Shown here in pieces: positions 39,207 through 48,750 of a stretch of 64,000 nt of DNA. The stretch covers positions 8,318,581 to 8,382,580 of the forward strand of contig OZ037767.1 in the NCBI GenBank assembly GCA_964035545.1, written 5' to 3'. The notes below the pieces were generated by a model. It saw only the letters and a program-made list of their open reading frames with translations. It did no database searches and was not told the DNA's origin. This stretch comes from Bugula neritina. Taxonomy: Eukaryota; Animalia; Bryozoa. The position numbers and the translations under genes are program-made. Each line of letters begins with the position of its first letter. Within the stretch, counting starts at the first letter, position 1.

Positions 39207-39418
39207 CTATAACGGAAAAAACGAACGTAAATATTCATAACTGTATGGAATGACTTTATTGCAAACACTTGATGATTCACGGCAACAAACATTTCCTTCA
39301 CAATTATCATCACACAAGCAAGTTAGCCCAATATCAGGTCTGCAATAGAGGTTTTCATCACAGCAAGCTATACATTCGCACTCAACGGCACTGTATACCG
39401 ATATTTCTTCTGAATCTC
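39207..39418 (-). CDS. Probable terminal coding exon of a host gene: end of TSP1 repeat plus Cys-rich somatomedin-B-like domain
   Basis: Acceptor TTGTTTTTCAG at 39419; phase 1; (G)DSEEISVYSAVECECIACCDENLYCRPDIGLTCLCDDNCEGNVCCRESSSVCNKVIPYSYEYLRSFFPL*; minus-strand AATAAA at 39127-39132. Confidence 0.75.
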
Positions 39419-39850
39419 CTGAAAAACAATAAAATACAAATTATTGAACTCCTGTTTTATTAACTTTAAATCTGCAAACTCTTAGGTCATGAACTTACAG
39501 CAACCTTTAGCTCAAATAAGTTTTTCGAAAGGCAACAGCATTAATTTTAATAATTTTATAGGTGTTTAAGTATACTACAATGCTGTAATACTACAATACT
39601 AAAATGCTCTAATTATGTTAGTAGATTTCACAAAACTAAATATTACATGAAAAAACACGTTTTAGTCAAAGCTAAATTAAATAATTAAAGGACGACAGTA
39701 AAATGTTTTAATTTTCTGATTGGTTTGCATGAAAATATGTTAAAAACACTAATTTTTTGTAAAAGTAGCATAGTTTTCCTGTCATATTATTTGTGCCAAG
39801 CGTTGTTTTTCCTTTCAATTGTTATTCGAGTGTAGAATTTTCTATACTAT

Positions 39851-40156
39851 TGTGGTGGCTCGTGGAGCTACCAGCAACACAATACGCAAGGTTGCGTATT
39901 GACCCGGAACAATGTATTAGCCAATTAGCTAGGCTGTTTTATGGGTAATAGTAGCAGCTTCGCGCTACTAGCTCAGTTGAGGATAGTGCTGTAAATTAAA
40001 TAGACGTGCGTATCATTACTGTTGTACATTAGATTTTATTATGTATTCTTGTATTAAAATATAACGATATCTACTCGACTTAACTCGGTGAAGTTTCTCT
40101 AGTGATAAATAGACTCTCTTGGTGGCACATCGACCCTAAAACTGAAAATTATAACA
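39851..40156 (+). repeat. 5' LTR of element 2
   Basis: TG...CA; identical to 46991-47296 by line-by-line comparison. Confidence 0.97.
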
Positions 40157-40157
40157 G

Positions 40158-40175
40158 TGGTGGCAGCAGTGGGAT
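40158..40175 (+). promoter_or_regulatory. Primer binding site, tRNA-Leu-like
   Basis: TGGTGGCAGCAGTGGGAT, 1 nt after the LTR; 1 mismatch to the element 1 PBS. Confidence 0.8.
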
Positions 40176-40189
40176 AGTGTACATCAAAG

Positions 40190-41056
40190 ATGGAGACTGA
40201 AAATGCTAGAATGCAACCACCCCCAGTAGAAGGTGAGCGTAGAAATGATGTTAATCCTGTGAATCGTGAGGGAGAAGAAGCTTATAGATATTGCTTGAAA
40301 GCTCCCACCTTTACTGGGTCGGAAGATGTCGAACAATTTATACAAGAATTTAGAGAGGTAATGGAGATTGCTCAATGGCCGCATAGAGTGGCCCTTATCC
40401 AACTGCGGAGAGCGGTGACGGAACAAGCCAAGCCATACGGAGTGGGAACGGACGTAAACGGGATACTAGCTGCGCTGCGGGCCCGTTTTGGCATCTCCGC
40501 AATAGACGCTAGGACCAAGCTAGAGAGATTGTGCCGCACCCCGCGGACCCCGCTGAAAGAACATGCCGCGACGGTGAAGAAGCTGGCGCAGATTGCGTAT
40601 AGCGATCTGCCAGCACAACACCAAGAGCGTTACACCTATGACGCCTTTGTCCAGTCACTAAACGACCTGGGCCTACAACATCAACTACGAGCTAAAGGGA
40701 TAACCAGAATAGAGGATGCCCTGAAGGCTGGAGAAGCTTACCTGTTGGCTACCCAAATGCATCGAGCACAACGGAACCCACCAGTAGTTGGAGTCAGCGC
40801 TGCCAGGGCTACGACAGGTCCCGAAGCCCTCCCGCTGGAAGCCGAAGTGGACCGTATGGTAGAGATGCTGGGACAACTGGTAACCATTCTGGCCGGTGCT
40901 GGCCCCGGTCAGGCCCTGCGGGTGCACCCAACGCCTGTGGGGCAGGACTGGAGTAGCGCTGGTCAGGACCAGGGACAGAAAGGACGACCCCAATACCAGG
41001 GGGCGTTAAACTGTCACGGCCCGCGGACACTCTCCCTCCCCGCGGGCCGCAACTGA
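40190..41056 (+). CDS. gag: Gag (288 aa), no CCHC knuckle
   Basis: First ORF after the PBS; homologous to element 1 gag (APTFTGSEDVEQFIQEF, LIQLR, ALRARFG). Confidence 0.9.
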   Translation: METENARMQPPPVEGERRNDVNPVNREGEEAYRYCLKAPTFTGSEDVEQFIQEFREVMEIAQWPHRVALIQLRRAVTEQAKPYGVGTDVNGILAALRARFGISAIDARTKLERLCRTPRTPLKEHAATVKKLAQIAYSDLPAQHQERYTYDAFVQSLNDLGLQHQLRAKGITRIEDALKAGEAYLLATQMHRAQRNPPVVGVSAARATTGPEALPLEAEVDRMVEMLGQLVTILAGAGPGQALRVHPTPVGQDWSSAGQDQGQKGRPQYQGALNCHGPRTLSLPAGRN

Positions 41057-41062
41057 AAGAGT
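41005..41062 (+). promoter_or_regulatory. Putative -1 frameshift signal (G TTA AAC plus stem-loop, possible pseudoknot)
   Basis: 6-nt spacer; 9-bp stem GGCCCGCGG/CCGCGGGCC; loop ACTCT could pair with AGAGT at 41058-41062. Confidence 0.8.
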
Positions 41063-41354
41063 ATGGTGGGACACGCCGTCGTCTGTCCGTACGGACACGA
41101 CGGAACACTCCACCCGAGTGGCAGGTACCACGCAGGACTAGTAGGCCCGCACAACGGCCGAGTACCTTCTCCCTGCCACTCGCCAACCGGTTCCACCGGT
41201 TACCTCGGGAAGAGGAGGCCGCCACTGAAATGGAGCCAGAAGGCCCAGTGGAGAGCCCCAAACCCCGCCGGCACCAACCTCGCCGCCAGAAACCCCGTAA
41301 ACCACGGGTGAAACCCCCGCCGTCCTGTCAATCCAGGACAGCACATGCGGGGGG

Positions 41355-44300
41355 GTGAAAGTACAACCACATGGAGAGAGCTATTTCCTACCCGGAAAGG
41401 TGGCCGGCAACGCCGTCACTTTCCTGCTCGACTCCGGTTGTACTACCAACCTTCTCAGTCGTAGAGTCTTTGAGGCACTGCCCCGCCGGGACAGGGATAG
41501 AGTACGACCGTATACTGGGGAACATGGCACCCTGGCAGACGGGTCATGTATTCCCTTTTATGGTATTATCGAGCTCCCTGGGCGTGTCCGAGACCAGGCT
41601 GTACAGGAGACCTTTGTCATAGGCCAACTGGAGGAAGATGCTATCCTCGGAATGCCCTTCTTGAAGCAACACCAGTGCCGAATAGACTTTAGTAAGTCGG
41701 TGGTGCTGATGGGCGGGCGAGAACTCGCCTGTGTGGATAAGTTTGGGCGTCCTCTGGTGGGCGGTGTTCAGGTAGTTCGAAACTGCACCGTGCCCGGACG
41801 CTCCAGAGCTACTATCCACTGCCGAGTGAACAGCAACCGGATAGCCAGGCTCGGGGTCGTTGAAGGCGCGCACGAAAGGATCCAACTCGCCAGTAGTTTA
41901 AACCGACTAACTGAGCGAGGGGAGGTCTTAGTGCAGTGTGTCAACCCCTTTACCGAGCCCATTGAGCTCCCAGCTGGGTCAATGCTGGGCCGGTTCCACT
42001 CCGTCCAGGAAGAGGACGTGGGCCCGTCGCTGGGTGACGCGACGGAGGCACCCCCTCGACACCCTATTCAGGGACGAGGGGCAGTCCCAACACATCTCCG
42101 GGAGTTATACAAAACAGCCAGTGGCGGCTGCGCGAGCAACAAGGAACGCCAAGCCATGGCGAAGTTGCTACGCGACTACGGTGATGTGTTCAGTAGCGGA
42201 GATCATGACGTGGGGCTGACTGGAGTTGTCAGACACGAAATACCGCTGACTGCAGGGACAGTCCCTGTCCGGCAGCCCACACGCAGGCTGGGGCCGGAAA
42301 AAGAGAAGGAAGTTAGCCGACAAGTACGGGATCTTCTGGACCGGGGACTGATAGAGCCCGCCCATAGTGCGTGGAGCTCGCCAGTCGTACTGGTCCGGAA
42401 GAAGGACGGCAGTTGGCGGTTCTGTGTGGATTACCGCAAACTCAATAGCGTAACCATACAGGACGCTTACCCTCTACCTCGTATTGACGAGTCATTGGAC
42501 GCCCTAGCCGGCAGCAAGTACTTCAGTACGTTAGACTTGCTAAGCGGCTATTGGCAAGTTCCTCTGAGTCCCGACGCCCAGGAGAAAGCGGCGTTTATCA
42601 CACGGGACGGGTTGTGGAAGTGGAAAGTGCTGCCCTTCGGGTTAACCTCCGCCCCAGCCACCTTCCAGAGGCTGATGGAACAAGTCCTTAGCGGACTCCA
42701 TTGGAAGACACTGCTGGTCTACCTCGGTGATGTCATCGTAATCTCTCCAGACTTCGAGACACATGTCAGTCGTCTGCAGGAGGTTTTCGATAGACTCCGA
42801 GGTGCCGGTCTTAAGCTCAAACCTTCCAAGTGCGCTCTATTGCAGCCGGAGGTCAAGTACCTGGGGCACGTTGTCGGTCGAAACGGCGTGGCAACGGATC
42901 CCGAAAAGGTACGGGCGGTAGAAGACTGGGTCACCCCCCAAGACTTGACCGGACTCCGGGCTTTCTTGGGGCTGGTAGGGTATTACAGGCAATACATACC
43001 GGACTTTGCGGGCATAGCCCAGCCGTTAAACCGGCTCACCGCAAAAGGAGTGACGTGGCAGTGGACCCCAGTCGAACAAGGAGCGTTCGACCGCCTCAAG
43101 GGCTGCCTACTAACGGCGCCCATCTTGGCCTACCCAGACCCCACTCTGGAGTACATCCTCGACACGGACGCCAGTGACCAAAATGTTGGCGCTGTGCTGT
43201 CACAAGTGCAGGAAGGCCGAGAGGTAGTAGTAGCCTACTATAGCAAGTCTCTCTCACCCGCTGAACAAAATTACTGCACTACCCGCAAGGAGCTGCTGGC
43301 AGTAATCAAGTCAGTGAAGCACTTCAGACCATACCTATACGGCAGGAAGTTCCGGCTGCGTACGGATCATGCCTCGCTGATCTGGTTGTGCAAGAGAGCA
43401 GAGCCCTCTAGTCAGGTCGCCCGGTGGCTCGAAATCCTAGCTGAATTCTCGTACCGGATCGAACACCGACCGGGCAAGAGACACAGCAATGCGGATGGGT
43501 TGAGCCGCCAACCTGACGGAGGTTGCAAACAGTGTCTCAACATCGAGAGGAGGGATGGAGGTCCCCCGCGATGCGAGTTGGAGACGCTGGCTCACCACGG
43601 AACACCGTTTGACTGGGACCAGGGTCAACTCAGGCAGGGAGTTGATGAGTCCCCGGAGGGTGTACAAAACCTCCGCGCCAACCCTGTACTGGCCGGTAAT
43701 GTTCGAGAGCTGAAGAAGCTCCAAGAAGAGCTGCCTGGAGTCGTGGCAGACATATACCAGGCCAAAAGGGAAGGGCGACGACCCAGCGAGGAACGCATAC
43801 GACAGGGATGCGCCGAGTTCCGGCTATACTGTCAGCGTTGGGACTCGCTGCGGATCGGGCAGGATGGGTTACTAACCATCTCTCTAGCCGCCAGCGGCAG
43901 CCACCCGGAGAGGAAGAGGGTAGTCTGCCCCACGGCCATCCGCCGTGAGTTGATTTGGGATACTCACAAACAGGCCCACACAGGGGTCAAGCGAGTGATG
44001 TCCAAATTACGACTCCGGTGGTATTGGCCACAAATGGAGCGTGACGTCCGGCTCAGAGTCAAACAGTGTGAGATCTGCCAGGCCAGTAAGCATAGCCGCC
44101 CCCCTGGTGAAGCAGGACAGCGGAGGCTATATGCTGGTAGGCCCTGGCAAGTAGTCGCTGTAGACCTGGTCGGACCCATGCCCCTGACCCCCAGAGGCAA
44201 TAATTGGATCCTAGTACTAACCGACTATTTTACTAGGTGGGCGGATGCTCTGGCTATCCCAGATGCATCAGCCCCAACAGTGGCCAGGGCACTAGACCAA

Positions 44301-45629
44301 CATGTATTCTGTTATTTTGGGCTTCCCGAACAGATACACTCTGATCAAGGCGCTCAATTCCAGTCTCAACTGATGAGCGACCTTTGCCACCTCTGGGGAG
44401 TAAATCAGAGCAGGACCACCCCCTACCACCCTCAAGGTAACGGGGTGGTGGAGCGCAATAACCGGATGTTAGGTGATGCCCTCCGGAGTCTCCTCCTTGG
44501 ACGAGGTCAAGAGGAATGGGATACGGTGTTGCCGCAAGTCATGCGTGCATACCGTAGCACCCCACACACCAGTACTGGTGAGACCCCAAACCTCTTGATG
44601 CTCGGGAGAGAGACTCGCGTCCCTGACCATATCACCTACCACGTTCCAGAGCAAGACAACTCGGTTCACGAGTATGCCAGTGAACTAGTGGAACGGATGA
44701 AGGCCGCACACGATATACTGCGCGAACGGCAGTGGAAGGTGCGGCACGAAGATTCCGATGAACCACCTCTCTACCAAACGGGAGATAAGGTGTGGATGGT
44801 CAATTACCGTAGGCGTCGCGGACAGGCTGATAAACTGAAGCCTAAGTTCGTAGGACCCTACGTGGTCGTCGAGGCTATGCCCAATCATACGTACAAGATT
44901 GAGCGCTCAGGACAGGTGTCTATCCAGAATGAGTCTCGCTTGAAACCGTATTGGGCTAGCCCCGACGGAGTGGGAGAAGCCCCCCCGTTGTTGGAGCCCA
45001 GGAGGCAGACAACAACGCGCGGGCGACGGCGGCATGGACCTGAATACGAAGTGGTCATACCGCGGGAAGAAAACTTGGTGAGAGAGGAGCGGCAGCTTTT
45101 GTCAACAGAAGCGTGTCCGCCACCGCCAAGTCTAATTCCATCACTTCCAGAAACCGAGCCGGTTCTGGAAGTGCAAACCCCCACGGAGGGAGGGGCTCCA
45201 TCCGGAGAACAAGAAGAAGTGACCGCTAACGGTGAAGTAGAGACGCCATTAGAGGCCCCTACTAACGAACCGGCGAGCGTGTCACCCCCCCTAGAGCGGG
45301 GGCAGTGTACGAGGAAACCCCCACCATATTTAAAAGACTTTGTATGTGACTGCATTAGAAGCGGCGCACATGAAAGTCTAGGGGAAAACCGTACGATAAA
45401 ATGTTGGAGTTGTGAACCCCATGCAAATATCAACTTTTGCGAGGGCGGAATAGTGGGAGGAATTAATGCGCGTAAAGCAAATAGTTCCGACCTCGTGCCT
45501 CAGAAACGATGCTCAGCCTTTTCTTACGCTGACATCGCCAAAGGCAGACGTATCTCACAACCAGCTCCAATCTTACCAAGAACGTTGAGTATGGACATTA
45601 ATACCGAGTTCCCAGGTAAGCCAGTATAA
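41355..45629 (+). CDS. pol: Pol (PR-RT-RNase H-IN plus long C-terminal tail); RT YxDD reads YLGD; true N-terminus probably begins at the 41005 frameshift
   Basis: LLDSG; YLGD; DTDAS; HHCC (THKQAH..CEIC); DDE core (VDLVG, SDQG, VVER); GPY module. Confidence 0.95.
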   Translation: MKVQPHGESYFLPGKVAGNAVTFLLDSGCTTNLLSRRVFEALPRRDRDRVRPYTGEHGTLADGSCIPFYGIIELPGRVRDQAVQETFVIGQLEEDAILGMPFLKQHQCRIDFSKSVVLMGGRELACVDKFGRPLVGGVQVVRNCTVPGRSRATIHCRVNSNRIARLGVVEGAHERIQLASSLNRLTERGEVLVQCVNPFTEPIELPAGSMLGRFHSVQEEDVGPSLGDATEAPPRHPIQGRGAVPTHLRELYKTASGGCASNKERQAMAKLLRDYGDVFSSGDHDVGLTGVVRHEIPLTAGTVPVRQPTRRLGPEKEKEVSRQVRDLLDRGLIEPAHSAWSSPVVLVRKKDGSWRFCVDYRKLNSVTIQDAYPLPRIDESLDALAGSKYFSTLDLLSGYWQVPLSPDAQEKAAFITRDGLWKWKVLPFGLTSAPATFQRLMEQVLSGLHWKTLLVYLGDVIVISPDFETHVSRLQEVFDRLRGAGLKLKPSKCALLQPEVKYLGHVVGRNGVATDPEKVRAVEDWVTPQDLTGLRAFLGLVGYYRQYIPDFAGIAQPLNRLTAKGVTWQWTPVEQGAFDRLKGCLLTAPILAYPDPTLEYILDTDASDQNVGAVLSQVQEGREVVVAYYSKSLSPAEQNYCTTRKELLAVIKSVKHFRPYLYGRKFRLRTDHASLIWLCKRAEPSSQVARWLEILAEFSYRIEHRPGKRHSNADGLSRQPDGGCKQCLNIERRDGGPPRCELETLAHHGTPFDWDQGQLRQGVDESPEGVQNLRANPVLAGNVRELKKLQEELPGVVADIYQAKREGRRPSEERIRQGCAEFRLYCQRWDSLRIGQDGLLTISLAASGSHPERKRVVCPTAIRRELIWDTHKQAHTGVKRVMSKLRLRWYWPQMERDVRLRVKQCEICQASKHSRPPGEAGQRRLYAGRPWQVVAVDLVGPMPLTPRGNNWILVLTDYFTRWADALAIPDASAPTVARALDQHVFCYFGLPEQIHSDQGAQFQSQLMSDLCHLWGVNQSRTTPYHPQGNGVVERNNRMLGDALRSLLLGRGQEEWDTVLPQVMRAYRSTPHTSTGETPNLLMLGRETRVPDHITYHVPEQDNSVHEYASELVERMKAAHDILRERQWKVRHEDSDEPPLYQTGDKVWMVNYRRRRGQADKLKPKFVGPYVVVEAMPNHTYKIERSGQVSIQNESRLKPYWASPDGVGEAPPLLEPRRQTTTRGRRRHGPEYEVVIPREENLVREERQLLSTEACPPPPSLIPSLPETEPVLEVQTPTEGGAPSGEQEEVTANGEVETPLEAPTNEPASVSPPLERGQCTRKPPPYLKDFVCDCIRSGAHESLGENRTIKCWSCEPHANINFCEGGIVGGINARKANSSDLVPQKRCSAFSYADIAKGRRISQPAPILPRTLSMDINTEFPGKPV

Positions 45630-45646
45630 TTCTTGTATTCCTATTC

Positions 45647-46720
45647 ATGGAAACGAGCTCGATGCCAGTAAATTCTGAACTAATTCATCAGATTGAATCA
45701 GAATTACTGGGAACCACGTTTCATGTGAATGACGATGAGGACATTGTAATGGCCGACGGTCTGTTAGACCTGGAGCTAGACACTGTTCTTGGCCAGTCCA
45801 CACATGATTCATCGGTTCCTCGAGTGCATTCCAAAAGCAGTGAATCTCAGGCTAGCAACGGTCGACAGTCACTAGAATTATGTTGTAAAGATCCAATGCG
45901 ATCTAACAATAATTCTACTTTTGTAGACACACTCGCGCCCGTCTCTCCGGGCATGCCTTCTCTAGAGATGGCGTGGGACCCAGAGCCAGCCCCAACAACT
46001 TCTACAACCAGGCAACTGCCATCCCAGTTGGAAGCAACCTCCAACTGGATTACCCCTGCCACAGAGAGAGAGATTAGGACCCATCAAGGAGGTGAGAGTA
46101 ATCGCGAATGCAACCTCTGCCAGCAGCGATTTACAACCCACCGCAGACTGAAAGTACACTTGCCGCAACATTACATCACCACTTTCTGCCCTTGCGGAGA
46201 ATATAGCTACAATCGTGATTACCTACTGCGTCACCAACGTACTATGCAGTGTTATCAAGGACACGTCTATGAAGTAGACGAATCATCCTATCCTGCATTT
46301 CTCAACGCCATCAAACCACTCATCACTGACCCAGCTCGGCTATCTCGCCTGGAGCAAGGCTTTCCTTCCCCGCGACCCATCATCTCTGGAGCCGCAGATA
46401 AACCTATACAGTCTACTAACTCTCCACCTCACAGTCCTCTACGCATACCGCATACCTTTCCTCGTGTCGTACTACAGAGGGTAGACACGAATGCGTATAC
46501 ACTCCCTCCTCCCCTTCCATCCTCAGAGCGGAAAAGACACAGACAGCCGACTTCCTCTCGCTCGTCCCCCTGGGCCCGCAACCTACGTGAAGTAGAAGCT
46601 AGGGCACACGACTTGGAGCAAGAAGTGTACAGACTGGCCCCGCGGGTGCAGGCTGCATCCAGTGAACTCAAATATTTACAGGAGTCTATTAAACGCATGA
46701 AGCGTGCGGCCCGCAGTTAA
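45647..46720 (+). CDS. ORF3: zinc-finger and leucine-zipper accessory protein (357 aa)
   Basis: Intact ATG-TAA ORF inside the LTRs; CNLCQQRFTTHRRLKVHLPQH (canonical C2H2); CPC-x12-H-x5-C; RKRHR; heptads V-L-L-A-L-M; protein-level homologues elsewhere in the window. Confidence 0.88.
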   Translation: METSSMPVNSELIHQIESELLGTTFHVNDDEDIVMADGLLDLELDTVLGQSTHDSSVPRVHSKSSESQASNGRQSLELCCKDPMRSNNNSTFVDTLAPVSPGMPSLEMAWDPEPAPTTSTTRQLPSQLEATSNWITPATEREIRTHQGGESNRECNLCQQRFTTHRRLKVHLPQHYITTFCPCGEYSYNRDYLLRHQRTMQCYQGHVYEVDESSYPAFLNAIKPLITDPARLSRLEQGFPSPRPIISGAADKPIQSTNSPPHSPLRIPHTFPRVVLQRVDTNAYTLPPPLPSSERKRHRQPTSSRSSPWARNLREVEARAHDLEQEVYRLAPRVQAASSELKYLQESIKRMKRAARS

Positions 46721-46978
46721 CTTGAGTCTATCTCCAACTCCATATTACTCTTCCCCTACCTCTCTGTGGCATTCCCTACCGTTATGGTGGCACGTACTCT
46801 ACATGTAGATAGGACCTTCTCTTACTTATTACATATTGTGCACGTTTTATATATACCTGTATATTTTATCGGTTGTTTGTTTTTTTGTATATACTTTTAT
46901 ACTGTTCTCTTCCCCCCCCCACAACGAAGTATACGTTTTTTATGTGAATTTTATTTTATCAGAAAGAGGGCTTTCTGC

Positions 46979-46990
46979 TGGAGGGGGCAG
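46979..46990 (+). promoter_or_regulatory. Polypurine tract of element 2
   Basis: GGAGGGGGCAG abutting the 3' LTR. Confidence 0.75.
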
Positions 46991-47296
46991 TGTGGTGGCT
47001 CGTGGAGCTACCAGCAACACAATACGCAAGGTTGCGTATTGACCCGGAACAATGTATTAGCCAATTAGCTAGGCTGTTTTATGGGTAATAGTAGCAGCTT
47101 CGCGCTACTAGCTCAGTTGAGGATAGTGCTGTAAATTAAATAGACGTGCGTATCATTACTGTTGTACATTAGATTTTATTATGTATTCTTGTATTAAAAT
47201 ATAACGATATCTACTCGACTTAACTCGGTGAAGTTTCTCTAGTGATAAATAGACTCTCTTGGTGGCACATCGACCCTAAAACTGAAAATTATAACA
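46991..47296 (+). repeat. 3' LTR of element 2
   Basis: Identical to the 5' LTR; followed by CTAT. Confidence 0.97.
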
Positions 47297-47489
47297 CTAT
47301 AATATAGTTTATGTTTTGAAAATGCATTATGTGGATAGGTTATAGCTAAATAAATGTGCTAAATAACCTGAGTAGGCTATCCGTTTTATTTTATCTTGCC
47401 ATATGAATGAATATCTAAGCACATTAACAAACTAGATCAAAATAATGTGATGTCTGGATTGGTTTAAATTGAACTTTTAGCTAACAGTA

Positions 47490-48750
47490 ATGGCAACTGA
47501 GTACCAATTTTTAGCGCCTAAGCTTCTGGCTGGAGTGGATCTACCAGCAGAGTAGGAGATGTTCAAAGAAGATCTAAAACAATTTCTTTTAGCTATTGAC
47601 AAAGATGAAACAACTGATAAAATAAAAACTAACTAATCTTTTAACGAAAACTGGTGAAAGAAAGAAAAAAAGTATATAAAACCCTCACATATGGTAGAGG
47701 TAAAAGTAAAGATAGTTGTTATAGTGGTAATTTATTATTTAGATTTAGTGGCTAACATTGGCAGCGGTCTAGTTTAGTTGGCTGGCATATGATATTGGCT
47801 GTCTGCATATTGCTATCTGTATTGGTCTTAAGACTGTCATTGTTCTACCAGCAGACAGCCATATTAATAAGCTGAATAGATAAATAGACACATTTAAATC
47901 TAGTATTGCAACAGCTTGACTTTACAATTTGAATTACATAATCTTTCAATTCATATCTCTGCTGTCTAGAAATCAGAGTTTGACGACTTGCAGTAATATA
48001 GTTATATTGGTGAGTGTGGTGTATGTGTGGCTTGAATGAAAATGAAAAGTATAAAAGGGAGTGTGTATGAGAAAGAGAGAGGATAGAGAGGGTGAAAGAT
48101 AGAGTGAATGAAGAGATTGAAGATTGTGCAGAATTTATTAAACTATGTGGGTGAGTGCTAGCCCCAGAAGTCGGCGGCGGAGCACGCACAGACAAATACC
48201 CCTACAGACTGATGGGAGCTGGAGTCACCTCCCAACCAAGCCAAGCGGCCCGTGCCTGTATGCTGAACTTGAGCTCACCTGAAGGCTACAACCCAATTAC
48301 ATTATTCGATGAGTTGCAATAACTACAAACTCCATATCCTGATATAACATAGTTACAATGATGTAATTGAATATTTTGATGCATGCTTTAAGCCTAGATA
48401 AAATATATTCAATGCCAAATATCAATTTTTCAACTCCAAACAGTTCAAATATAGCATTGATGAGTGTAGGGCAGAATTAGGAAACTGTGCCAGATATTGT
48501 GAATTAGAGATCAAACTGAAAACTTGTTACTTCATACTTTAGGACTAGATGATGCCAAGAGAGCGTAGATAAAATCAGACAGCTGGGAACAGTTGATTTG
48601 ATGAAAAATATAGGAATTATTATAAAGCAAGAAAAATCTGCTTGAGATGTTAGCGCTCAGGCTTCAGCATCAGTAGACGCAATAAAGAGGTGCCAGAAGT
48701 CACAAAGGAAATGCAACCAAGCATCTCCATCTAAAAGACAAGGCATGTAA
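47490..48750 (+). pseudogene. Decayed Mag-like gag remnant split by a solo LTR
   Basis: MATEYQFLAPKLLAGVDLPAE*EMFKED resembles MSISVDFLAPKPIQDGSDLSKQWTRFKEE of element 3. Confidence 0.65.
47717..48349 (+). mobile_element. Solo LTR (633 bp)
   Basis: TGTTATA...TATAACA termini, TSD TAGT, TATAAAA at about 48050; 3' part homologous to 1-201. Confidence 0.85.

Larger units (their letters stand above)
39851..47296 (+). mobile_element. Full-length young Ty3/gypsy LTR retrotransposon (element 2) with a third ORF
   Basis: Identical 306-bp LTRs, TSD CTAT, PBS, PPT, gag, pol, ORF3. Confidence 0.98.

Noticed and set aside
39350-39400. SAVECECIAC as the end of a glycoprotein-hormone cystine knot (GPA2-like)
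   Set aside because: The in-phase upstream exon is TSP1 and no other cystine-knot segments were found; the resemblance is too short
40685-45433. Antisense and overlapping short ORFs within gag/pol
   Set aside because: Shadow frames of GC-rich coding sequence with no independent motifs
45647-46720. ORF3 as an envelope gene
   Set aside because: No signal peptide, transmembrane segment or fusion-peptide pattern; nuclear-type motifs instead
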